A stretch of DNA of 58,286 nt from Anthoceros angustus (lineage: Eukaryota; Plantae; Anthocerotophyta). The notes under the pieces were generated by a model. It was not told the DNA's origin. It did no database searches and worked only from the letters and a program-made list of their open reading frames with translations. This document shows positions 47,301 through 58,286 of the stretch, piece after piece (within the stretch, counting starts at the first letter, position 1; each line of letters begins with the position of its first letter). The stretch is taken from positions 1 through 58,286 of the forward strand of contig VJWM01000331.1 of assembly GCA_010909165.1 (NCBI GenBank), written 5' to 3'. Made by a program: the position numbers and the translations under genes.

Positions 47301-49515
47301 AAGTCTGCTAATGGAGGAAAGGTCAAGGCAGAGCAATCTCTGCGCAAATGAGGAGACAAAGGCAAGTAGGCGCACATGAGCGGGTCATAGCCACACTGTG
47401 AAGATTAGTGACATGGAAAAGGAGCTGGGAGAAATCCGCCGGAGGCTGGAATTGAAGGAAGAAGAGCTGGAAGAACGGACACATTTTGTCCAAAGATTGG
47501 AAATGGAACGAGAAGTCCAAAGACGGAGAATGCACAACTCCCTAGGAGGATAGGGGAGTTGGAGGAAGAAATGGCAAAGGAGAAAGGTCATGAGGCGGTG
47601 GTGCAGCATATGTTGGCGGTGAGGGAGAGATTTGGTGATTATGCCTACAAGAGAGATTGATCCGCTGCAATGAGAGGACGGAGAATGTGGCTCTCCATGT
47701 CAAGACCGGAGCTGGCCTTGGGCGAGATGCTTACAAAAGCAAGTGTGAGCATGGAGTATGGCTTGAGGATTGAAGAATTGGAGATGGCACAACAACGATT
47801 TGCAGCCCATCTTCACAACAAGGTGCTCAAGGCCACTAACGAGTTGTTGCGACTTCGAAAGGAGGATGTTGGGACCTCATGATGATGATAGGGAGGCCCT
47901 CATGCAAGTCCAACCGAAGCCTTAGACTTGGAGAGTGTCCCAAGCAACAGGGTGAAGAAACTTCGCACTGTGGAGAAGCAAGTGAAGCGGAGAAGCTTCA
48001 GGGAGAGAGAATCACCTGTGAAGGGGTAAGGAAGAAAAGACCCGGTAGGAACTCCTACCGTGGTAGGAGGAGTTCCTACCGTGGAGGGACTCCTACCGTG
48101 GTAGGAGAAGGTCCTACCATGGTAGGAGGGCCGGAAGAAGCGGATTCAAAGGGCTAGCATGGATTTGACAAGGCGAGTACCTTGGCCCTTGCGGAAAGAA
48201 GGAAGAGGGGTTGATCTTGCAGAATGGAGCAAGAATCACAAGGAGAAGACCAACCTCCTAACATGGGTGCAGGAGCAAGGAGCTCACTTGCTCCACAAGT
48301 GAGAGGAAGAGGAGAAGCGAGGATGAGCCTGGCTAAGAGAGCCCGGCTATTTTATTGGAGGAAGGAACTCAAGATAGGCATCAAGATAAGGAAGGGATTC
48401 ATAAGAAGTCCTTAAATTAGCTTGAAGACATGGGGCAAGATGCCACTTGGGAAGACTTTTCTTTAGAGGAGGAGCATTAATGCTTGTCACCAGAGTGTGT
48501 TGACTAGCTAGATAGGAATGTTGGAGCCATTAAGGCTCACATAGGTGAATTTGCTAGAATAGAATTTTACCCAAGATGCTTGGATGTCGAACTTAAAGTC
48601 CTAGGATACACTAAAATAAGGAGTAAGGCGGTGCCGGAGGGCGCTGTGGGAGGCTGTATGTGAGGACCTCCCTATAAAAGGAGGGAGCTTGTGAAGTAAA
48701 ATTATCGTGTCTTGCGCTCCCATCCTCCCGAGTCCTTCACTTTGTGCAGAATTTCGTGCGCAAGCCAACGCATGTCGTAGAGAGGAGCGGGGTCGGGCGG
48801 AGGGCTTGCTCTTTGCAGCGCCCCTAGCGCTCCCTTGTGAATGGTTGTTGTGAATTGTTTTGCTTTGAGTGTGTGGCGATGCTCAAGGAACTCTCGGCTT
48901 GAGGGTAGACTCAGGAAAGACTCCGGAGGTTCTCGTCTGCAAACCACATAGCAACCGCCCAAGGAAGAACTCGTTAATTTCCTGACGGACCCCAGGTGTG
49001 CCGTAAGGGCGAGTTGGAATTAATGAGCCAGCAATTGGTGTTAGAGTAGGAGATTGTGGAGGAAGGAAGGGTAGATGAGTAGAGAAGGCGTTGTTGATTG
49101 AGAGAGTTGTGAGGAGGATTAGAGTGTAGGAAAAGCGGAGGCCACAGGCGAGCCTAAGGGCCAGATCCCAAATGCAAGAGGCGCTCACATGTGGAGAAGA
49201 GTGTCTTAGGAGTAGGGAGTTGCGGTGTGGGTCGGGGGTCACAGGCGCCGTGATGAACCTGCTTCTTTGGAGCGTAACACCTGCAATTGTGTGGTGTCGT
49301 TGTAGGTTGAGGTTTGGTGAGTTCTGAAGGCGGCTGGTGCTGTAGAGGGCGTGAGAGGGCGCCTTGTTTAGAATTTTGAGGTAGTGTGTAGCCGGTAGTG
49401 GTGATTTCTCAAGATCCGTAGTCCAAGTCTCATGGGACGACCCAACATCTGAACGACAGTGGGATAAGTGTGGCCGCTAGAGGGGAATCTCGGAGTGCCC
49501 CGGGTTTTCCTCCCA
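44334..49515 (+). repeat. 3' LTR, variant B (~5180 bp)
   Basis: Colinear with 35096-40337 over its full length; differences are largely small indels. Confidence 0.92.
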
Positions 49516-52500
49516 TGCCTTTGTGGTGCAAAAGTGAACTGCTCCCTTCATTGAAGTCCAGTAGCCCAAACAACCCACGCTCTTGCTCGATTTGGCAGAG
49601 CCCCTATATCCCATGATCCACAACTTCAACAAAGGTCCATGGCGATTATGTCAAGAGGGATCCACAAGCATCCGCCCTTCTCCACAACATTGTCGAGTCC
49701 CAGACACACTGATATGGACCTCTCATGTGGTGATCAACGGATCGAATAGGTTGTTTCGCCTACTAACCTTCGCCCCTTGCTCTCCAAAGAACCTTTGTGG
49801 AACAGAGGATGCGCATTTGCTTTGCCCCTCAAGAATGCCGCCTCACTGCTGGAGCATGGCGGATGGCAAGATGTCTCCACTGATGGAGGTGCCTGCGATG
49901 TCCGCTGTGCTGGGTGCCTGCCTCCTGCCTTGGGCTTCTCGCTGCATGGCGGGTGTGTCATTCCTCCAAAGGCTGGTCCTTCTTGCCTCCCGCCGCTTGC
50001 CATCTTCACCAAGGCAACCCACTCCGAATCACAAAAGAGATGCACAACAGCCTGTGACCGCGAACTCACCGCTAAGATCGCCGCCTCAAGAGCTTACCGC
50101 TACAAATTGCGGCGCGCAACGAAAGTTGCGCCCAACCCGAGAGGCTTTGGGGCAGAGCGTGAGCTCCTCACTCAGATGCGCACAGCGTGGTGTGCGCTCA
50201 AAGAAGCGCACACAGGTGTTGCGCCGAAATCCGACATGAACGCTACTGCTCACCTTGCAAAGTAGTTTAAGTTCAAAAGAGGAGGCCTTAACGAGATCGG
50301 TTAAGCGAAAGTAGGGTTTTCTTCCATAACCCCAAATGGTTTTCATAACCGTGTTTCAAAATAACCCGCTACCTTAAACTCAATTTTGACCAGAGCTTAC
50401 TATTTTAGACGTCTGCCGCCATCAACTTTTCGCCAGTGGCCGAATTATGCTTGATTTTCCATAATCCTGCGTGCTCACCGCCAACCACTTCATTGTCCGC
50501 ACTTATTTTGAGGCAATCCCATCAACCTCTAGGCGGTGGCACCTGTGGCGAGGGCCGCCCGACGCCATACATAGCAAAGCCGGAGGGAGGCTTCGATATC
50601 CGCTAGCCAGACCGCCTGCAAAGTCTTGTGCTTTCCTGATTATTGCGATAAGTGCGATGTTGCATTTGACGACACGTCAAGGAGATGAGGTTGGTCTTGT
50701 TTCGCCATTGTCTTTTCCCCGCATACCATTCATGATACAAGATGCAACTTGTAAAGACCATGCCTGTGGGCGCAGGAGGTTCAAGTGGAGGACCCGCCTC
50801 GCAATTCCAAAGAATGGAGACATGGTCCGCTGAGGAAGAGGCTCGCTATCTTGAACGCCTCCACAATATGCCGTGGGTGTGCCTCACATGAGGAATTTGT
50901 CTACTGCCCATTGAGGGGGAGCCCATCTACATGCCTCCGATAATTGAGAGTCCTCATCCTCAATCAAGTGTGGAGAATGGACCACCTGCTGTGCACGGGG
51001 ATTGTTTGATGGTGGTCACGGAGAAGACCTCCCACCGGGCGTGGAGCACGAACCCTCCGAGGATGAAGATGAAGTGACCACTTCCACACTGCACCGCTAC
51101 TGCTCCATCCCAAGTCGCTGAGTGAGACGCCAAGAGAGCAAAGCATTGCACTCAACGGAGACGCGAAATGTGTCACATTGAAGAAAAGTGAAGGAGAGGT
51201 AGTGACGGATTCAAAACCATGTTGCAATCAAACAAAGCTTGCCGATAAAAGAAAAGTTTCGAGCAGGTACCGATTCCTAAGGATGGGCTGGCAAGAGACA
51301 TTTCTAGAGTCCTTGGTTCAAGCGAGAGGGGATGTGAAAGGGGTAAAGTATGCACACACATTTTGGGGTCCATTCGCGCGCTTGAAGGCATTTAGAAGAG
51401 TATATTAGCATCACAGATGAGGAATCAAGAGCAAATCATTTTAATGCCCTGCGGATGGTTTCGTGCCTAACCCCAAACCAGCCTCTTCTTATGCGCTTGG
51501 AGCGATATCCTCGATGGATAAGACATTGATGGTCGAGGCCGAACGTGGAGGTCTTCAACCTTCCGCATACACAAGGTTGGAAATATGGAGTATGTACAGC
51601 GCAATGCTAAACCTCCGGGATCCTCTATGTGAAATATCCATGGTTCTTGAAGTTATGGAAAAGCAACTTCCCAAGAGTGAAAATACCAAAATCGTTTTCC
51701 ACGTGCTCACTCACAGTCTCAAGAGCACTAATTAGGAACACCCACAACCGATCAAGGTAATTGTTACCACTGACGGGCTGGTTGACATGCATGGAACTTA
51801 TGGAAATGGTTTTCTTGAGTGGGGAATGGTTGTTTTGAACTCGAGGCTTTATGGGCAAGATCCCTATAACCGGTCTCTGATCTTTGTATGATGGGATGGT
51901 GACGCCACCACCGTCAGCCCCACATATGCAAAACCCTTGGGATGAAACCCCGAGGCCACCAGACATGTGGTGGGACGCCGCCGGCCGCCCTGAGGCCAAG
52001 AATATGGCACTTAAGACTCGAGATGGGCGCCGCCGGGCGCCCACCTCCAGTGCTGAACGGGCACCATAGGGTTCCGAGGGATACCGCCAACGCCCCACAT
52101 GGCGGGGACCATGGGTCACCTTCAATTTATATAGGCCGCCGCGCCCATAACCAAAAGTCAAGGGCATGGATTGTGCTCGTAGTACGTAACGACAATTGAT
52201 GCAAATGCGCTTAGACGGAACATGAAGGTTCTTCCTCCGCTGATTTGGGGCGGACCGCCAAAAGTGTGTCCCAAAGAGGAGGGTCCTTCATATCTAATCG
52301 ATGTCTCTTCAAATGTACCGACGAGTGTATGTTTTCAAAACATGTAAAAATATCAAGCGGCTTTAGATGCCCATCGCTTATGGTTACATCGAGCGTCAAG
52401 ATGGCAAAAACGAGCAAGAGTTATGTAGAACCACATATGTACCTTCTACTTTCAATCGATGGAATGGACCAAAAGAAGAGAGATTCCCATCTACTGATGG

Positions 52501-53950
52501 CCAAAGAACTTGGATGAGGAGTGCCGATTCGTGTTCATGTGGTTGGGTGCATGATCCACAATTACACGCTTAAGGCAAGAGCTTACTTGCATTATGATCT
52601 CATGGAATGATGCTCACGATTACCATCATCCGTGATGTTATTCATAACTACGAAGGAGTATTGCCGAAAGTGTTATATTTGCAATTGGACAACACCCGCA
52701 GAGAACAAGAATCAACCGCTTTTTGCATATCTCAACATGCTCGTGGACATGGGGACGCTTGAAAAGGTGAAAGTGGGGTTTTGTTGGTGGGGCATCGCAT
52801 GATCAAATCGACCAAATGTTTTCATGCTTTTCAAAAGCTTAAAACACAAGGAAGCTCACACTCTTCCGCACCGCCGAGATTTTGATTAGTGCACACTCCA
52901 CAACCGGAGGTGAAGATATTGATCAAGTTCGACTTCCTCATATGTTTGGCCCATAAGGCAAGGGAAGGTGGACACGCACAAGGCGCACAAAAAATTAAAC
53001 AACCTCTTTCCAAAGACCAATTCAAAATTACGAGAGAAGCCAAAGGTGACCGTGGGTTTGTAATCGCCATGGAGCAAGCAAGATTCCACATCGCCTATTG
53101 GGAGACAGAGGTCGTTGAGTTTTGACATTCGTGCTGGACACAATACGGCAGCTCCTTTAACCGCCCCCAAGGGATAGAAAAGGAAAGTTGGCGACTTATC
53201 ACCCACGATGGTGTGGCTCATTTGAAGGAAGGTCTTTCGCCCTTAGGCCTTATGTGACATCGGAGGAATACAAATGGTGGGAAGCTCTGGACCAACAAGA
53301 GATTGTTATTGTTCAAAACAACATTGGGCCTGGCCCTCCAAAGATCCTTGGAAGTGGTATTCGAGGTCCAGAAGTAATGTACCCCAACCTCCGCGACTTG
53401 ATGATGAAGCTTTATTACAGAGGCGTTGTTGAGGGACCTTCCACAACGAGATATGTATTTGGGACGATACCAAAACTTGGAAAGACAAGGAGGGAATGAC
53501 ACGTTTGAATGGTGATGTGTTGAAATAAATAAGGGCATGTTCATTGCGCCCAAAATGTGACACGCAATGCACCATTTTGGATTGGGAAGGTGATTGAGCT
53601 TTGTTTGATGACCCACACCCTCACTTACTTGTTCACTGCATGTAATCGATACACAGATGCTTTGAGGGTAGGTACGCTTGAAGAATACATAATTGGGATG
53701 CCACCAAGCAACAAACCGGGAAAAGGGGGTCAAGGGGTTGAACCTAAAAATATTCGAAGTATATATACGTAAAACCGCTATCTTGTATTATGGTTTCACC
53801 TTGAATTCTGGAAACATCTATATGTGGTAGACAAGAAGGCAATCAAGGACAAGTCAATGAATTATGGGCTTTCATACAACCAGCAAGTCAAAGTGGCACA
53901 GAGGATGTGAAGATGACGTGATGATGCCAACCTAACGAAGATGACGAAAG
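49516..53950. mobile_element. Element X copy 2, right part (resumes exactly after the Gypsy insertion)
   Basis: TGCCTTTGTGGTGCA continues the sequence seen at 24470. Colinear with 24470-27852, then extends through the transposase part missing from copy 1. Confidence 0.88.
51150..53900 (+). pseudogene. Sola-like (DUF7869-type) DDD transposase, copy 2, with full catalytic core
   Basis: IDGMDQ (52455-52472); LPKVLYLQLDN..RENKN..LFAYLNMLV (LQLDN 52679-52693); KVGF.LVGH.HDQIDQMFS (52798-52824); C-terminal FWIGKV...ILYYGFTLNSG segment. Frameshifted. Confidence 0.8.
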
Positions 53951-54535
53951 GAGAGTAGATTGCACTCAATGTTGTGCGCGCAGGTCAGAGCCTCATTTTC
54001 TGCTTTGAGAAGGGAAACCTGCAAGACACATTCGACACGCTCATTGTAGCCCTCCTTGGGGAAAGTTTGAAACGACCAGATATTCTACAAGATGTTAGCC
54101 GATGGAAACTAATCGCCCAAGACCGAATCTTTTAGCTAAAGCACTAGCGCAGCCTGTGGGACACCTTCTGCACTTTGCACATTTAGAGCATGTGCACATT
54201 TAGGGCTTGCACGATGCCATACTAATAATGCATCCATACCCAAAGACTTATGCTTTTTGATCACGCTAGTCACATGACTATACATAGCATCCGCCGATGG
54301 TTGGTGACACACATACAGCCCTCTTGTCTCAAAATCGATTCCTCCAACCTACCAAGGGATAGGAGATGACATATCACTGATGGGGTGTGGCGCCGGCTGG
54401 CGCTCGCACCCACGAATTTCCGGAATTCCATGTCGCATGGGATTTATGACCCATACCACCACCACCCGCATGCGTTCCTGGGGAAACTTGAAATATGAGA
54501 GTTCGACATTGGTTGACCATGTGATGAGGGGAGTA

Positions 54536-56322
54536 TGGAACGCAAAAGTTTGGGCAACAAGCTTAAATGAGTTTGCTTTTGGAACAGCCCACACTCTTTG
54601 CTAGAATGGTTTGGTGAAGACATGCAAGGAAATTTTTGCCCTTTTGAGCGGGAGTTGTAGGACCATGTCGGAAGGCAGAGAGGATATGCAGAAAAGAAAC
54701 GGGTCAAAACGACCTACCGGTGAGGAGAAAAGGTAACCCACATGAGTGGTAGGTGTCCTACCACCGTAGGAGAAAACTCCCACCATGGTAGACGAGGGTA
54801 GGAGAGATCCTACCACCGTAGGAGGATGACCCCTAGTGTTGATCACCTACTTGTAGGAATAGCTCCTACCATGGTAGGAGAGGGTAGGAAGGTATCTACC
54901 AGGAGAAACTCCACCGTGGTAGGAGAAAGGAAACGCCTACCATGGTAGGAGGATGTCCACCACGGTAGGAGATAGGTTTCTAAGGAAAGTAGATTATGTT
55001 TTAGTGTGATAGGCTTGCTATATATAGAGTCTTTTAGTGGACTAGATAAACAGGCCAAAATAGGTAATTAAGAAATTAGAGGCTAATTTTCAAGAATTAG
55101 AAATTAGAAAAATAGGGAAAATGGTATTTTAGTATAAGGAATTAGGAAACTAACATCACGGTGAGAAAGGGGCCACGTGGCACACATCCAAGGGCAGGAT
55201 AGAATGGTAGTTACTTTTCTAACCCTTGGGTGACTTATAAAAGTGGTCGCAGTGCCCGCAGGAGGCCACAACTCGTAAACTTGAAGAGACTCACCAGAAG
55301 GCGCCACACCTCAAGCTTCCCAAGGCCCCCATACAGACCGCCTGACACGCGCCTGCCGAGGAGAGGAGGGCGCAAGCTCAAAGAAGGAGGCGGAAACCGC
55401 CAGCCCCAAGAGAGGAAGAAGGAGGAAAAGAGGAAGAAGAGAAGGAGAAGAAGGTTGGGCGCAACCCAACACTTGCCAAGCTCGTGAGGGTGCCTAGGAG
55501 GGTGGAGCGTGGCAAGATTGCTAGGAAACCGTGCAGAAGGGCTCCTAAATTGCCGTGTGTGTAAGAGTCCGTGGGGAATTTTGGTGAGCTTTCTTGTGAG
55601 AAATCGGGGTTTTGAGGACGCCAAGGTGTAAGGACCCAGGAGGAGAGCAAGGGCAAGGACCTTTGAGCGGAGTGTGAGCAAATAACCGAGGAGGAGAAAC
55701 GCTTTGCAAGGATAGAAGTCGGGCAGTGCCGCAGGAATTGCAGGAGAGGCATCACTTTTCTTCAATTTCGCAAGTACTAACCAAGGAGGCCATGACCAAG
55801 CCCACCATGACCAAGGGCAAGGAGGTAGTAGCTAAGGAAGGAGCGCCCACCAAGGGAGGTGGCGCAGGAGCTGCAAGAGGTCTAAGGCAGAGGATGGACC
55901 CCTGAGGGTGGAAATTTGACATGCCCTTATTTACGTATGCGTGCCAGCTATCCTCTAGAGACCTTCTCACTTTTGGGCAGCAGAGAGAATATTCCAGAGT
56001 GGGTGTATGGGCGCATTGGTCTTACACCAACCTTGAATTGATAGAAGAGTGTTTTGCTAATTTGCAGCAGACGGAAGAGGAATTGGCCGCCACCTGGATA
56101 GAAACGCACGGACGGATCCACGGTGTTGACCGTAAGGAGCATACGCTGTATATGTCGGGATAGCGAGGATAGCGGAATCACGCTGATGGAAGGAACGAGT
56201 GAGGCAAGCGTGCATCAACGGGTGATCTTCCCAAGGGAGCCCTTACACTTATGCAAGGGGGCATGAAGGCTAAGTCCAAGAACGGTTGGCTGACGGACCA
56301 AATCTTGGAGCCCAAGTGAGAT
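54536..56322 (+). repeat. Third copy of LTR-B (first ~1.8 kb), with PPT, truncated by another insertion
   Basis: GTGATGAGGGGAGTA|TGGAACGCAAAAGTTTGGGCAAC, colinear with 35096-~36990; breaks at CCCAAGTGAGAT. Confidence 0.9.
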
Positions 56323-58286
56323 TGTTGTGGCGCGACTTTTGCCGAGCCGGCCCGGGCGAGCATAACCTGCAAGGTCGCTGTAGGAAGGAGTTCGCTCCCA
56401 AGGGAATGACATCTGCTTGCGCTGCTTCGTGCGACTCGCTCACTTTGCGTCCGCTCACCCCAACACACACTCCTTAGTTCACGCTCAACTACTCGCGACA
56501 ACACCGCAGCCGGTATGGCTAAACGCTTAAGGACCTGCTCACGTCTGCTTGCTCACGCCTGCCTCTCACACCTCGCCCGCCTCTCCACTCACACTACACT
56601 TATCCGCCTTAAGAAAGACGCTGGGTTACATGCCCGACCTCCTCCGCTGCTCACTGGCCTCTCCGTCCGGCTCTGACGACGCCCCAAGTCCCTCCGGCCA
56701 CACGCCCGGCCCGTGCTGGCCGCGCTCGACGAGCACGGTCCCCGCCACCTTCCCCGCACACACCACAACACGTTAGGTCCGGCTACCAGACTCGATCAAT
56801 CCTCCGAGCCGCGGCTCGCCAGTGACTCAGACTCACGTTAGCAAGAAGACACACAAGGTCCGCAAGAACGCGATCAACACCAAGAGAAAGATGATTTATC
56901 TGTGGCAGCCCCAGCCTCTTATACTACGCCTGTGTCGGCGCCTTTATTACACCCCTATTCCGGCCGACGGCCACCAAGATGCCCCGCCTACCATCCTATT
57001 CCTTCCCTATCTCCTTCACGGGGGCTGGAAGGTCCCGGGTTCCGCCTTGGGATTGGTGGTCCAATCTCCGCCCCGACAACAGGCGGCGCACCCAATCGGA
57101 TGATCCGCGAGGCGGACCCTCCTCTCCCGAATCCGCCAGTTACACGGCGGCCTGACGACCGCCGCTACCACGACGTCATCCTCCCTCGCCTCCCATGGGT
57201 CCCTCCTGGGCCACCGCCATCCGCCCCCAGCGTAAGTCGGGGGGCCTCCTCATCAAGTCCGACCTCGAGGTCCGGCTCGACCGAGCTCGAACCCAAGGGT
57301 CCGCTTATTTCGAGTCCGCCGGCCGGGTCCGCCTGCCGGGTTCGGACCTCGTGGTCCGACTTATTACCGGGTCCGGCCCCCAAGCTCCGACTCTTCCCGT
57401 GGACCTCGATCGCTAGGTCCTCCTCCTACCCCGACCCTTGTCTTGGTCTGGCTCCCTCTTGCACCCCTCAGCCCCACCCCCTTCTCCCGGACGGTGGTGG
57501 TGAACTTACCTTGGGGTCCGCCCTCCTCTTGGGCTCCTCACGCTGCTCCTCAGGCTAGGGTCCCCTGTGGCCGTCCCTGCCCCTTCTTCCCTCCGAGCCT
57601 GTGGGTCCGCCTATTTGCAGGGCGCCGAGAGGCCTCACCGCTCAGGAGCTCGGGGTAATAGGCAAAGTCCGAATCCACTTGCCGGATTGCTCTTCCACGT
57701 GCGCCGAGCACCGATACTCCTTCGCCATAGGTGCTCCGGAGCCGAGCCTGTCTCGCTTGTTGCTCCACCTCCCCGCCAAGTTTGATAGCCGAGCCGGGCC
57801 GCCGCGAGGCGCTGTCGCCTTGGCCACCTCCCGCAGCCGCATGTTCCACCCGCTCCAACTCCTCCGCCTGCTCACGCGCCTGCCCGCCATAGCGCAGCTC
57901 CCTTCCGATTTCACCGACCAGCCTTCTTGTCCGCCTTTTGTCCATTCCGCCGTTAACCCGCCATCTCCCGCCTCCATGGCCGGGCAACATCGCTGGATCG
58001 GGGCTTCGCCTGTGCCTTCTCCATCTCGACGCCCCGCCTCCCTGCTCCATCGCCATCGACCCGCCAACAGAGAGCCGGAGCCGCTTTATTTCCTGCTGCT
58101 CGCGACCATGTCCCGCAGACTACCATTCCTCTCAGATAGTTTGAGTCAGAGCCCAAAGTCTCCTTGCGGTCCTCCATCTCCCGCTGCCGCTCCACCTCCC
58201 GAGCCGAGTCCGAGGTCCTCCATCTCCTCGCGAACTTTGGCCCCGGCCGTCTGCTCCGCCCGCCACCTCGCCCATCTTCGTGCAGC
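56323..58286 (-). mobile_element. Another LTR retrotransposon: probable 3' LTR (56323-57081) plus 3' internal region, running off the right edge
   Basis: TGTTG...CAACA termini; TATAAGAGG about 170 bp into the minus-strand LTR; related to 18560-18860 (GGAGT.CG.TCCCAAGGGAATGAC, ATGGC.AAACG.TTAAGGACC); coiled-coil-like ORF 57550-58056. Confidence 0.6.

Larger units (their letters stand above)
35096..49515 (+). mobile_element. Complete non-autonomous Ty3/Gypsy element (14.4 kb) with ~5.2-kb LTRs
   Basis: Direct repeats at 35096-40337 and 44334-49515; PBS 40342-40356; gag; integrase; PPT-like GTGAGAGGAGTA. The empty site is visible at 24461-24480 (CTTGGTA|TGCCTTTG). The expected terminal CA plus TGGTA TSD copy is missing at 49515. 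Confidence 0.93.

Noticed and set aside
53950-54300. Terminal inverted repeat of element X (weak similarity to the reverse complement of ~21290-21350)
   Set aside because: The match is short and gapped and not reproduced in the 7194-7260 copy; ends of X left undefined.

Overview
Plant nuclear DNA made almost entirely of nested transposable elements around one spliced host gene, a neprosin-family glutamic peptidase (9344-11347, +, 7 exons, about 400 aa). The species cannot be read from the sequence. From left to right: (1) the 5' part of an Athila/OTA-like Ty3/Gypsy element on the minus strand with a ~4.0 kb LTR (to 6348); (2) a fragment carrying a beta-class N4C/N6A DNA-methyltransferase-like domain (6349-8311); (3) a 177-bp hairpin with a telomere-like loop; (4) the neprosin gene; (5) a full-length Ty1/Copia element with non-canonical TATG...CATA LTRs and an ATATG TSD (12171-18554); (6) a large repeated unit ('element X') in which a ParB/Srx-like + amino-methyltransferase-like gene (minus strand) lies head-to-head with a Sola-like (DUF7869-type) DDD transposase (plus strand); (7) a CACTA element inserted into that transposase (27856-~34305); (8) a second, partial copy of element X split by a 14.4-kb Gypsy element (35096-49515) whose ~5.2-kb LTRs each contain a long ORF, and whose interior keeps gag and integrase but lacks protease/RT/RNase H; (9) a third copy of that LTR truncated by another LTR element at the right edge. 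The most striking candidates for new biology are the transposon-linked ParB-methyltransferase module and the cargo-carrying giant LTRs. TE coding regions are full of 1-3 nt indels (decay and/or long-read error), so most protein calls are reconstructions across frameshifts and no database search was run.
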